A DNA stretch of 64,000 nt from Bacteroidota bacterium (GTDB lineage Bacteria > Bacteroidota > Ignavibacteria > Kapaibacteriales > UBA2268), in contig JBLWYD010000008.1 in assembly GCA_048267165.1 (NCBI GenBank), positions 34,806 through 98,805 of the forward strand. The letters are read 5' to 3'. Of this stretch, positions 26,451 through 35,618 are shown one piece after another (the first letter of the stretch is position 1; each line of letters begins with the position of its first letter). Made by a program: the position numbers and the translations under genes. Below the pieces are notes generated by a model that ran no database searches, had not been told where the DNA came from, and saw only the letters and a program-made list of their open reading frames with translations.

Positions 26451-28012
26451 AATACTTCCAGAATAAATATGATTACTTAGTGCTAGTACTAGGGTTGTTG
26501 ATAATAAGTTTGACTATGTTCTTTCCTGTATCATCTGATATGGCTACGTTCATTCAAGGTGGGATGATACTAAATAATGGCGGAGCTTTGTATGTTGACT
26601 ATTTCGATGTTAAGCCACCATTCGTTTATTATTTCTATGAGTTTCTATACTCTATGTTCGGTAAGACTATAACGCTTTATAGAGCGTTCGACTTTCTTTA
26701 TCAATCTATCTTTTTGTTTTCGAGTATATTTATTTTTAATAGGCTTGGATTTGAGAAAATGGCTATTCGTTTGTTTTCAGTACTAATGCCTATAGCCTAT
26801 GTTACTCTCGGCTTCCCACATACTTTCCAAGTAGAAAGTATGCTTTTTTTACCAATGATATGGTATTTCTACCTTAGTAGCAAATCGCAAAGTGCCAAAT
26901 TCGACATACTTTTAAAAGGATTATTACTAGGATTAATGATAAACCTAAAGTATACTTTTGGAATATTATTAATAGCAGATATAATATATTCGATTATTCA
27001 AAAAAAGGAAGCTCGTAAATTACTTTCAAGTAGTTTGGTACAACTTACAATTGCGGCTTTAGTTACGTTTGTTATTTTCTCTCCAATCATAGCGTCAGGG
27101 AACTTCCAATCGTTTTTAGATTTTTTTAGTTACATGAAATCTTATAGTAATTATCCATTGCTTGGGTTTAGTTGGCTTCAATATGCGTTAAGAAACGGAA
27201 CTTCTTTTTTTACAGACAATTACTCATTGTTTTTATTACTGGCTGCCCTATATACGGTGTTTCATAATGGAAAGAAAAACAAAGAAGAGAACAACACTAT
27301 AACGATTAAAGGAGTGGTAGTGTTTGCTTTAATCCTATTTACTTCGGTCGTTTTAGAAAGGAAACTGTTGATATATCACGAACAAAGAATTTTACCTTTC
27401 CTTGTTATGTTATCTGCTATAGGTCTATCCCTGCTAATTCCAGAGATTAGTAATTACAAAAAGCTAACTATAGCTATGATACTCTCTGTTGCAGTCCTTT
27501 TTAGCCCAATACCAAGACTTGTAAATATTATTAAATTTCCAGTAAGTGTAATTACATCAGGAAAGGAAGAATTCTATTCTACATTAACCGAAGGTGATGA
27601 TGGAATGATTCTTAAGAAACACTTCGCTGTTGCAAATTATATAAATGATAATACAGATACTGATAAAGTGTTATTAATAAATACTGGAGGAAATGAAATG
27701 ATTTGCTATTTCAATTTTGATTATAAATACTCGTTCCCACAATCAGCATTTTATCTAAATGATAAAGCACCTGAGTATCTTAAGGAAAAAGCATTCGTAG
27801 ATATAAAAGATGCAGAAATTATTATTCTTCAAAATAATGACGATTCTCATATTATGTTCTTTAATGATGATACATCATTATCATCTATACAGAAGAATTC
27901 TGTAATTTGGGATTATATTCAGTCAAATTTTGAACAAGAAACTGTAATCGAAGATAATTTTATAATCTACAAGCGAATTCCTTCTAACTTGGATAAGAAC
28001 AAAAGCAACTAA
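26447..28012 (+). CDS. Polytopic GT-C fold glycosyltransferase (PMT/ArnT-like), paralog 2
   Basis: Colinear with 24924-26450: FPVSSDMATF..GG, YFDVKPPFVYY, LINTGGNE, FPQSAFYL. 4-bp ATGA overlap with paralog 1. Confidence 0.6.
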   Translation: MKYFQNKYDYLVLVLGLLIISLTMFFPVSSDMATFIQGGMILNNGGALYVDYFDVKPPFVYYFYEFLYSMFGKTITLYRAFDFLYQSIFLFSSIFIFNRLGFEKMAIRLFSVLMPIAYVTLGFPHTFQVESMLFLPMIWYFYLSSKSQSAKFDILLKGLLLGLMINLKYTFGILLIADIIYSIIQKKEARKLLSSSLVQLTIAALVTFVIFSPIIASGNFQSFLDFFSYMKSYSNYPLLGFSWLQYALRNGTSFFTDNYSLFLLLAALYTVFHNGKKNKEENNTITIKGVVVFALILFTSVVLERKLLIYHEQRILPFLVMLSAIGLSLLIPEISNYKKLTIAMILSVAVLFSPIPRLVNIIKFPVSVITSGKEEFYSTLTEGDDGMILKKHFAVANYINDNTDTDKVLLINTGGNEMICYFNFDYKYSFPQSAFYLNDKAPEYLKEKAFVDIKDAEIIILQNNDDSHIMFFNDDTSLSSIQKNSVIWDYIQSNFEQETVIEDNFIIYKRIPSNLDKNKSN

Positions 28013-29394
28013 TGAATTTTTTATTTTATCTATTATACACACTTTATTTTGTTGGAGTATTCCAGATTTTCAGCATTGGGAATTTTGGTATATCGCCTGC
28101 TTACCCAGTAATAGCTATTATATTTTTCTTCTTCATTGTGAAGTTTGTAGCTAATAAGATAACAATAAATCTTAATCCAATATCAAGTGTAAAAGCACTC
28201 ATCTTATTACAAATAGCTGCTGGTTTATCGTTTTTATATGTGATATCTGACTATCAGGCAGATAATATGCAGTTTATAAAGACTTATTGGCACTTTCTAT
28301 TTCTTACTGGTTTCCCTGTGTTTCTAGGGCTTTTCAAGATGGAAAATAGGGTTTGGGTCAATATCATAAAGATTTGGCTAATTCTATCTGTTCTAATCAA
28401 TGTATTCGGTATTTACCAACTATTTGCACGTGCCTATGATTTGCCATTAGCTTGGATAGACTTAACTAATGCTAGTTTGACAGCTTTAGACAACACGAAT
28501 GAGCCATATCAACAACTTAGTTTGAAATTCCAAAACTTCTACAGAGCAACATCTATTTTCTCCGAGCCATCGGCTCTAGCTGGGTACAATCTTACTATAA
28601 TTGGGTTTATGATACTACCTATGTTCAAATCGGAATCAATGGCATTATTGAAATCAAGAAAATTTTTGAATTTCATATTCATATTATCAGCATTAACACT
28701 TTTCGTAACTTTCTCTTTAACGGGTGTTTTGGGGCTAGTCTTTCTTGCTATTGCATATATATTATACAACAAAGGTGTAAACTATAAGAGGATAGTTCAG
28801 ATATTAATTGCTGTAGTTGTTATTATTATAGTTGGTGACTTTCTAATTCTTGAGTATTTCCAAACTAGTTTATTAGAAATGTTTTATACTCGTATAACAA
28901 ATTTATTAGGACTATCAAGTGAGAGTATAGCAGGGGAATCTTTTGGCAAAAGGAGTAGTAATTTCAATGATTCTATGGAGTTATGGCTTAAAAGCCCAAT
29001 AATTGGAATAGGATTAGGTCAGACCAAACACCTTAGTGAAATTGGTTATAGTGATTTTGCGATTATGCATTCACTAATAGAGACAGGTATATTAGGTGGA
29101 ATTCTATTCCTTGCTGTATTCGTATTAAGTTTGGGGGAGTTCCTAAGTTTACGAAATAGCTTTCATAAATTGAAACCAGAAACTGTTTATCTAATCAATG
29201 CTTGTTTTTATTCGCTAGTTATACTAGCAATGACTAATTTTATAACCAGTAACTCTTATGTAGGTTTTGCACTTTGGTCTCTTATGGCTATGATATTTTC
29301 AGTATTAACTAATGCAAAAGTCGAATTGGGATATGACCCTAGACCTATATGGTTTTTCAAAAGAAAAGCCCATTCAAAAATTGAACAGGCTTGA
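28012..29394 (+). CDS. O-antigen ligase/polymerase-like (Wzy_C) membrane protein
   Basis: Polytopic. Periplasmic-loop signature SPIIGIGLGQ ... AIMHSLIETGILGG resembles Wzy_C. TAATG overlap with the upstream gene. Confidence 0.6.
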   Translation: MNFLFYLLYTLYFVGVFQIFSIGNFGISPAYPVIAIIFFFFIVKFVANKITINLNPISSVKALILLQIAAGLSFLYVISDYQADNMQFIKTYWHFLFLTGFPVFLGLFKMENRVWVNIIKIWLILSVLINVFGIYQLFARAYDLPLAWIDLTNASLTALDNTNEPYQQLSLKFQNFYRATSIFSEPSALAGYNLTIIGFMILPMFKSESMALLKSRKFLNFIFILSALTLFVTFSLTGVLGLVFLAIAYILYNKGVNYKRIVQILIAVVVIIIVGDFLILEYFQTSLLEMFYTRITNLLGLSSESIAGESFGKRSSNFNDSMELWLKSPIIGIGLGQTKHLSEIGYSDFAIMHSLIETGILGGILFLAVFVLSLGEFLSLRNSFHKLKPETVYLINACFYSLVILAMTNFITSNSYVGFALWSLMAMIFSVLTNAKVELGYDPRPIWFFKRKAHSKIEQA

Positions 29395-29420
29395 AATTAG
29401 TCTTAATTTGAAGTTAGTAT

Positions 29421-30494
29421 TTAAGAACGAAAGTCATTCATAAATTTCACTAACGCTTCTACTGATTCTACCGGACAAGCATTATATATAGATGCTCTAA
29501 CTCCACCTACAGAACGGTGTCCTTTAAGTCCAGACATATGCAGAGCAGCAGCTTGTTTTATAAACTCAGCTTCTTTCTCTTCGCTTTCCAAATTAAATGT
29601 AACGTTCATAGTAGAACGGTCATCTTTATCAGCTACAGCCGCTTTGTAGAAACCATTAGAGCTATCAATAGCATCATATAGTAAGCCAGCTTTGTGATCA
29701 TTTTTCTTCTCTATAGAATCTAATCCACCTTCTGATTTTATCCACTTCAGTGTTTCGTTGATAACGAAGACTGGGAATACAGCGGGAGTATTGAACATTG
29801 ATTCTGCTTCAATATGTGTTGAATATTTCAACATTGTCATATTGCCTTCTTTCTCAGCTTTAGCAGCCCATGATTTTTTAATAACTACTAGTGTAACACC
29901 CGATGGGCCAATATTCTTTTGAGCACCAGCATATATCATGTCATACTTTGAGAAATCCATTTTTCTACTGAATATATCAGAAGACATATCACAGATTAGA
30001 GGTACGCTACCCACGTTTGGTGTGTCTTTTACTCTAGTTCCGTATATAGTATTATTCGTAGCATAATGCACGTAATCTGCATTCGAATCAAAAGTAAATT
30101 CTTTAGGAATATAGTTGAAGTTCTTATCCGCAGATGAGCCAGCAACATTAACGTTACCAACTAATTTACCTTCAGCAAGTGCTTTTTTAGCCCAAACACC
30201 TGTATTTATATAGTCAGCACTATTCTTTAGGAAGTTAAGTGGTATCATAGCAAATTGCATACTTGCTCCACCTCCTAGGAATAACACAGTATATTCATCA
30301 CTACTCAAATTCATCAATTCTAATACGTTTGCACTTGTTTCATCGAAAAGTGCAACTATTTCTTTAGACCTGTGGCTCATCTCCATTACAGACATACCAC
30401 ATCCGTTATACTCAACGCAAGCTTGCTTAGCAGCTTCTAATACTGGAACAGGCAATACTGCTGGGCCTGCACTAAAATTATGAACTCTATTCAT
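29421..30494 (-). CDS. serC: Phosphoserine aminotransferase
   Basis: NFSAGPAVLP N-terminus, GAQKNIGPSG PLP-lysine region, typical length of about 357 aa. Confidence 0.92.
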   Translation of the reverse strand: MNRVHNFSAGPAVLPVPVLEAAKQACVEYNGCGMSVMEMSHRSKEIVALFDETSANVLELMNLSSDEYTVLFLGGGASMQFAMIPLNFLKNSADYINTGVWAKKALAEGKLVGNVNVAGSSADKNFNYIPKEFTFDSNADYVHYATNNTIYGTRVKDTPNVGSVPLICDMSSDIFSRKMDFSKYDMIYAGAQKNIGPSGVTLVVIKKSWAAKAEKEGNMTMLKYSTHIEAESMFNTPAVFPVFVINETLKWIKSEGGLDSIEKKNDHKAGLLYDAIDSSNGFYKAAVADKDDRSTMNVTFNLESEEKEAEFIKQAAALHMSGLKGHRSVGGVRASIYNACPVESVEALVKFMNDFRS

Positions 30495-30679
30495 GATAAA
30501 TTACCTTAGGTAAATATGTGACAATTGATAATACAAACTTAACACATATACTATTGAATCCGAAAATAATTGTATCAAAGCATTTGAAAGTTAGTTTAAT
30601 CTCTAAATCTATTGATAATATAGTTTCTTTTGGCTAACTTTGAAATTAGTTGTTTGTCCACTAAAATATAATATAAGAT

Positions 30680-31585
30680 ATGAGAATATTAGCTAATGAC
30701 GGACTATCTCAAGAAGGGATTGACGTAATCAAAAATGCTGGTATCGAGTTAGATACGCATCATATACCACAAGAAGAATTGTTCGAGAAATTGAACAACT
30801 ACGACGCAATAATAGTTAGATCGGCGACTACTGTTCGCAAAGATTTGATTGACGCGACTAAACTAAAAGTAATCGGCAGAGCTGGTGTTGGTATGGACAA
30901 TATTGATGTAGCTTATGCTCGTGAACAAGGAATCGCCGTGGTTAATACACCAGGTGCATCTTCTATTTCTGTAGCAGAGCTAGTATTCGCTCATTTATTC
31001 TCACTTTGTAGATATACTCATCGTAGTACTCATGCTATGGAGAATGGCGAATGGCCTAAGAAAGACTACACCGGTATAGAATTGACTGGCAAGACTATCG
31101 GACTAATTGGCTTTGGTAATATATCGAAAGAAGTTGCTAAAAGAGCCCTTGGTCTAGGTATGAAAGTTCAGGTTTTCAATAGATCAGCAATCTCACCAGA
31201 AGGTGACATAGTTGTAGCGAAGGACCTAGATACATTGCTATCCACAAGTGATTTCGTATCTCTACATATTCCATTAGACAAAGAAAAAGGTGCTACTATC
31301 GGCGAAGCTGAAATAGATAAGATGAAAGATGGAGCGATTCTAATAAACTGTGCCCGTGGCGGTACTGTTGACGAAGCTGCATTACTAAGCGCACTTAAAT
31401 CAGGTAAATTAGCTGGTGCAGGAGTTGATGTTTGGACGAATGAGCCTTGTACAGAAGCACAAATAGAATTAATAAATCATCCGAACGTAAGTGCTACTCC
31501 GCATATAGGTGGCTCGACTAGTGAAGCTCAAGATAGAGTTGGGATAGAAATAGCAGAAAGAGTAGTAGCAGAACTTAAAAAATAA
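30680..31585 (+). CDS. serA: D-3-phosphoglycerate dehydrogenase, short form without an ACT domain
   Basis: 2-hydroxyacid dehydrogenase NAD motif GLIGFGNI, catalytic ARGG..D and PHIGGST. Divergent from serC. Confidence 0.85.
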   Translation: MRILANDGLSQEGIDVIKNAGIELDTHHIPQEELFEKLNNYDAIIVRSATTVRKDLIDATKLKVIGRAGVGMDNIDVAYAREQGIAVVNTPGASSISVAELVFAHLFSLCRYTHRSTHAMENGEWPKKDYTGIELTGKTIGLIGFGNISKEVAKRALGLGMKVQVFNRSAISPEGDIVVAKDLDTLLSTSDFVSLHIPLDKEKGATIGEAEIDKMKDGAILINCARGGTVDEAALLSALKSGKLAGAGVDVWTNEPCTEAQIELINHPNVSATPHIGGSTSEAQDRVGIEIAERVVAELKK

Positions 31586-31597
31586 AGGTATCAAATC

Positions 31598-32839
31598 ATG
31601 GCAATATTCAAACCATTCAAAGCATTCAGACCGACTAGCAACAAAGCTAAAGACGTTGCGGCGTATCCTTATGACGTAGTCAACTCTGATGAAGCAAGAG
31701 AAATAGTAAAAGGCAACCCCGATTCTTTCTTAAGAGTGGGTAAACCAGAAGTAGATTTAGACCCAAACATCTCACTTTACGATGCAAAAGTTTATGCTAC
31801 AGGTAAAGAAAATCTTAGCCGATTAATAAGTGATGGCATTTTAGTAGAAGACGCTACGCCATGTTTCTATGTTTATAGTTTGACTATGAACGGTCGTACT
31901 CAGAATGGATTGGTCGGCTGTGCAAGTGTAGAAGATTACTGGAATGATGTAATAAAGAAGCACGAGTACACTAGGAAACAAAAAGAGCAAGACAGATGTG
32001 TACACGTACGTATTACTAACGCGCACACTGGTCCAATCTTTTTGACTTACAAAGATGATAGTGATATAAATGAATTAATCGAAAAAGTAAAGGACAATGC
32101 TCCTGACAATGACCACGTTGCAAATGACGGAATACGTCACCAAACTTGGTTAATTGATAACAAAGAGTATATAGACTTTATCCATAATAGATTGGCTGAT
32201 GTACCTAGCTTCTATGTAGCAGACGGTCATCATAGATCGGCGGCGGCTGCAATAGTTGGCAAGGAACGCAGAGAAGCTAACCCGAACCACACTGGCAACG
32301 AGAACTACAACCGCTTTTTGGCAGTTCTATTCCCAGCTAGTGAGCTTTACATCATGGATTACAACCGATTAGTAGTTGACCTTAATGGCAATAGCGTTTC
32401 GGAGTTCTTAGAGAAAGTAGCTGATAAATTCACAGTCGAGAAATCGGATGCGAAAGTTGCTCCATCTAAGAAAGGTGAATTTGGATTCTACTCAGAAGGC
32501 AATTGGTACAAGCTGAACATAAAACCAGAACTAGTAGATGCGAATGACCCAGTGGAATCACTAGACGTTGCATTGCTACAGAAGCATGTATTGGACAATC
32601 TATTAGCAATCGAAGACCCTCGTACTGACGAGAGAATCGACTTCGTTGGTGGTATCAGAGGACTAGATGAGCTTGTAAGAAGAGTTGACAATGGTGAAAT
32701 GAAAGCTGCTATTAGTATGTACCCTACTTCTATAGAAGAGTTAATGAACATAGCTGATGCAGGACGAGTAATGCCTCCTAAATCAACTTGGTTCGAGCCA
32801 AAACTAAGAGATGGGTTGTTTGTTCATTTCTTGGACTAA
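31598..32839 (+). CDS. DUF1015 family protein
   Basis: N-terminus MAIFKPFKAFRP and YVADGHHR motif typical of DUF1015. Starts 12 nt after serA. Confidence 0.8.
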   Translation: MAIFKPFKAFRPTSNKAKDVAAYPYDVVNSDEAREIVKGNPDSFLRVGKPEVDLDPNISLYDAKVYATGKENLSRLISDGILVEDATPCFYVYSLTMNGRTQNGLVGCASVEDYWNDVIKKHEYTRKQKEQDRCVHVRITNAHTGPIFLTYKDDSDINELIEKVKDNAPDNDHVANDGIRHQTWLIDNKEYIDFIHNRLADVPSFYVADGHHRSAAAAIVGKERREANPNHTGNENYNRFLAVLFPASELYIMDYNRLVVDLNGNSVSEFLEKVADKFTVEKSDAKVAPSKKGEFGFYSEGNWYKLNIKPELVDANDPVESLDVALLQKHVLDNLLAIEDPRTDERIDFVGGIRGLDELVRRVDNGEMKAAISMYPTSIEELMNIADAGRVMPPKSTWFEPKLRDGLFVHFLD

Positions 32840-32865
32840 GCAAAATCACTAATCGAATATAAAAT

Positions 32866-32897
32866 GAAAAATCCCAACCAAATGGCTGGGATTTTTT
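32866..32897. terminator. Bidirectional hairpin terminator between DUF1015 and rplI
   Basis: Stem atcccaacc / ggctgggat (one mismatch), with an A-run before and a T-run after. Confidence 0.65.
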
Positions 32898-32925
32898 CAT
32901 ATTTCATCTTTAGGAAAGCTAGGGA

Positions 32926-33372
32926 TTAATCTTCGCTGATTACCCAAACTTTAAGAGGAGCAACTACATCTCTGTGCAATTTAACTTTCACGCTAAATAC
33001 ACCTAGTGATTTGATTGGCTCATCTATTATGATATCTCTTCTATCTATGTTGTGACCCATCAAACTCATTTGCTCAGCAATAGCTTGACCAGTTACAGCA
33101 CCGAAAAGTTTGCCTTCTTCACCAACTTTCATTGGGATAGACACTTGCAATTCAGCTAATTTAGCTGCTAATGATTCTGCAACAGCTTTTTGCTCTTCTT
33201 GACGTTTGTCATATTGCTTTCTTTCGAATTTGATTCTTTGGATAGCAGCAGGAGAAGCATAGTATGCGTATTGTCTAGGGATAAGATAGTTTCTGCCGTA
33301 GCCGTTTTTCACTTCTACTACGTCGCCTATCGAACCCAAATTGTCCAAATCTTGTCTTAAAATAACTTTCAT
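32926..33372 (-). CDS. rplI: 50S ribosomal protein L9
   Basis: MKVILRQDLDNLGSIGDVVEVKNGYGRNYLIP is a canonical L9 N-terminus. Confidence 0.93.
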   Translation of the reverse strand: MKVILRQDLDNLGSIGDVVEVKNGYGRNYLIPRQYAYYASPAAIQRIKFERKQYDKRQEEQKAVAESLAAKLAELQVSIPMKVGEEGKLFGAVTGQAIAEQMSLMGHNIDRRDIIIDEPIKSLGVFSVKVKLHRDVVAPLKVWVISED

Positions 33373-33410
33373 CTCAACACCTGAATTTTAAATTTCTTTT
33401 TATATAATTA

Positions 33411-33782
33411 TTATGACTTTTCTTCTGCTTTCTCAGCAGTAGCTTTGCCAGCTTCCAAATCTCTTTGCTTTCTGTATTCTATCATTGCATCTGGTAAATC
33501 TAAGTTCAAGTGTCTTAGTATTGTATCTTCAAGAATTAAAAACTTATTGTATAAAGTTTGGAAATCAGAAGAAGCAAGGAATTGAATATGTACATAGCAG
33601 CCATTGTATTTTTTGTTGATTGGGTAAGCCAATCTACGACGACCTGCATTTTTTATATTCTCAACTTCGCCACCATTATCTTCTATATATTTTGTTACTT
33701 TTGATACTACTGCGTCTATTTCTTGATCTTCAAGAGCAGCGTTTATTATCAAAGTGGTTTCGTACCTACGACGTTCAGCCAT
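33411..33782 (-). CDS. rpsF: 30S ribosomal protein S6
   Basis: YETTLIIN......VSKV...IE.NGGEV......G.RRLAYPI. Starts at the internal ATG (33782); the ORF-track extension to 33833 is unlikely to be coding. Confidence 0.9.
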   Translation of the reverse strand: MAERRRYETTLIINAALEDQEIDAVVSKVTKYIEDNGGEVENIKNAGRRRLAYPINKKYNGCYVHIQFLASSDFQTLYNKFLILEDTILRHLNLDLPDAMIEYRKQRDLEAGKATAEKAEEKS

Positions 33783-34031
33783 TGTTATAACTCCGATTAC
33801 TGACGGTTTATAGTTTGTACCATCTATGTACAAACCAGTAAATCATTAATTGTATTTAATTAGACCACAAAATTATCTAAATATAACTTATTAACAAAAC
33901 TTTATTCAAGAAAAACGATAAAAAAACAAAAAAATCCTTATCAAGTTTTGTTTCAAAGATTTATAATACTTAACTTGTAAATCGTGTCAAAACACATTTA
34001 GAATTTTAAACACACATCTTAATCGAAGCGT

Positions 34032-35486
34032 ATGAGTAACGAAGAACTAAAAAACACTGATAACAGCCAACCAGAGACTGAAGTAAATTCGGAAGAAACA
34101 TCTGCCAGTGCTGAGCAAACTGCTGAAACTGTAAACGAAACTCCTGTAGTAGAAGCTGCTGAAGAGAAAGTTGAGGCAGTAGCCGAAACTGCTCCTGAGC
34201 CTGAAGTTGCTAAAACAGAAGAGCCAAAAGCTGCGGAGTCTTCTGACTCTAAGCCAGAAGCTAGTAAATCTGATGATTCAGAAACAGAAGACAAAGCACA
34301 TTATAATAGTGTTGTTAGCTCTTTGGAAAAATTAATTGGTACAGAAGATACTATCAACGTAGAAGTTATAGCCAAAGCAAAAGGTGGTCTTCGCGTTGTA
34401 TATGACACTGTTCCTTTATTTTTACCTGCTTCTCATTTCTCTTTAGAAAGAAATGTAAAAGATGATAAGTTAGAAGCTGCTGTAAATACTAAGTTCGATG
34501 TAAAAGTTACTGAAGTGAAGCAAATAGGCGATGGTAAAATCGTTATTGTTTCTCGTAAAGAACTAATACAAAAAGAACTTTGGGAAAAAATCAAAGTTGG
34601 TGAGGAATTAACTGGTAAAGTTTCTTCTATCACTAATTTCGGTGTTTTCTTGGATTTAGGTGGAGTAGAAGGTCTGATACACGTATCACGTTTATCACAC
34701 TCTCACATAGACAATCCTAAAAACCACTTCAACAAAGGCGACGAGCTGACTGTTAAAGTAGTAGAAGTTGACCAAAAGAATGGTAAAATAAGCCTAAGCA
34801 AAAAAGCTTTGGAAGATTCTCCATGGAAAGGTGCTGAAGATAAATACAAAGCTGGTGAATCAGTAACTGGTAAAATCAAAAGACTAACTGATTTCGGTGC
34901 TTATGTAGAACTAGAGCCGGGTGTAGAAGGTTTACTAAGAGTAAGCGAGCTAAGCTGGGCTAAGAGAATCAACAAGCCATCTGATATGTTAGAAGAAAAT
35001 CAAGAAATCGAATTAAAAGTAATTCAAATTTCAGAAGAAAAAGGACAAGCTGCACTTAGCTTAAAGCAAAACCAAGAAAATCCTTGGCCAGCTCTAGCTG
35101 AGAAATACAGCAAAGGTGCTGAGACTTCTGGTAAAGTTGAGAAAGTATTTGACAAAGGTGCTATCATCAGAATCAATGATGAAGTTGATGCATTTATGCC
35201 AATTAGCCGTATCAGTGCATTGAAAGTTAATGAAGATGACCAACCACTTAAAGTTGGTGCTGATATAGCTGTCAAAGTTATTGACTCTGCTGCTAAAGAA
35301 GAATCATTAGTTGTTTCTCCTGTTCTTTCAGAAGAGCAACAAGAGAAAGCAAACAACAGAAGAGAAAAACGCGAAAGAGCTCCTAGAAAACCAGTTCAGA
35401 ATATCCAAACTTCTGGTGGTTCTATTTCTTTCGGAGATTTACTTTCTAAAGCAGCTCTTGATAGCTTGAATAAAGATTCTAAATAA
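34032..35486 (+). CDS. S1 RNA-binding-domain protein (four S1 domains, acidic N-terminal extension)
   Basis: Four recognisable S1/OB repeats (for example GKVSSITNFGVFLDLGGVEGLIHVSRLS). They are preceded by about 95 aa of E/A/T/S-rich low-complexity sequence and followed by a basic tail. Confidence 0.8.
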   Translation: MSNEELKNTDNSQPETEVNSEETSASAEQTAETVNETPVVEAAEEKVEAVAETAPEPEVAKTEEPKAAESSDSKPEASKSDDSETEDKAHYNSVVSSLEKLIGTEDTINVEVIAKAKGGLRVVYDTVPLFLPASHFSLERNVKDDKLEAAVNTKFDVKVTEVKQIGDGKIVIVSRKELIQKELWEKIKVGEELTGKVSSITNFGVFLDLGGVEGLIHVSRLSHSHIDNPKNHFNKGDELTVKVVEVDQKNGKISLSKKALEDSPWKGAEDKYKAGESVTGKIKRLTDFGAYVELEPGVEGLLRVSELSWAKRINKPSDMLEENQEIELKVIQISEEKGQAALSLKQNQENPWPALAEKYSKGAETSGKVEKVFDKGAIIRINDEVDAFMPISRISALKVNEDDQPLKVGADIAVKVIDSAAKEESLVVSPVLSEEQQEKANNRREKRERAPRKPVQNIQTSGGSISFGDLLSKAALDSLNKDSK

Positions 35487-35513
35487 ATAATTAGTTAGAA
35501 TTTTAGATTATTA

Positions 35514-35549
35514 ATCCCTTATAAATCGTTTTTGTAAGGGATTTTTTTT
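35514..35549 (+). terminator. Rho-independent terminator
   Basis: 8-bp stem atccctta / taagggat followed by T7. Confidence 0.8.
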
Positions 35550-35618
35550 ATTTTAATACTTGTGATAAATAACATATTACACAAATCGACGTTAATTGAT
35601 AAAAACAAAATCCGAAAC

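Noticed and set aside
33783-33833. 17-aa N-terminal extension of rpsF in the ORF track
   Set aside because: S6 proteins begin at M..(R/H)YE. The internal ATG at 33782 gives MAERRRYETT.
34019-34294. 91-aa minus-strand Ser/Ala-rich ORF
   Set aside because: It is antisense to the GAA/GCT-rich acidic N-terminal region of the S1-domain gene, a compositional artefact of a low-complexity coding region.
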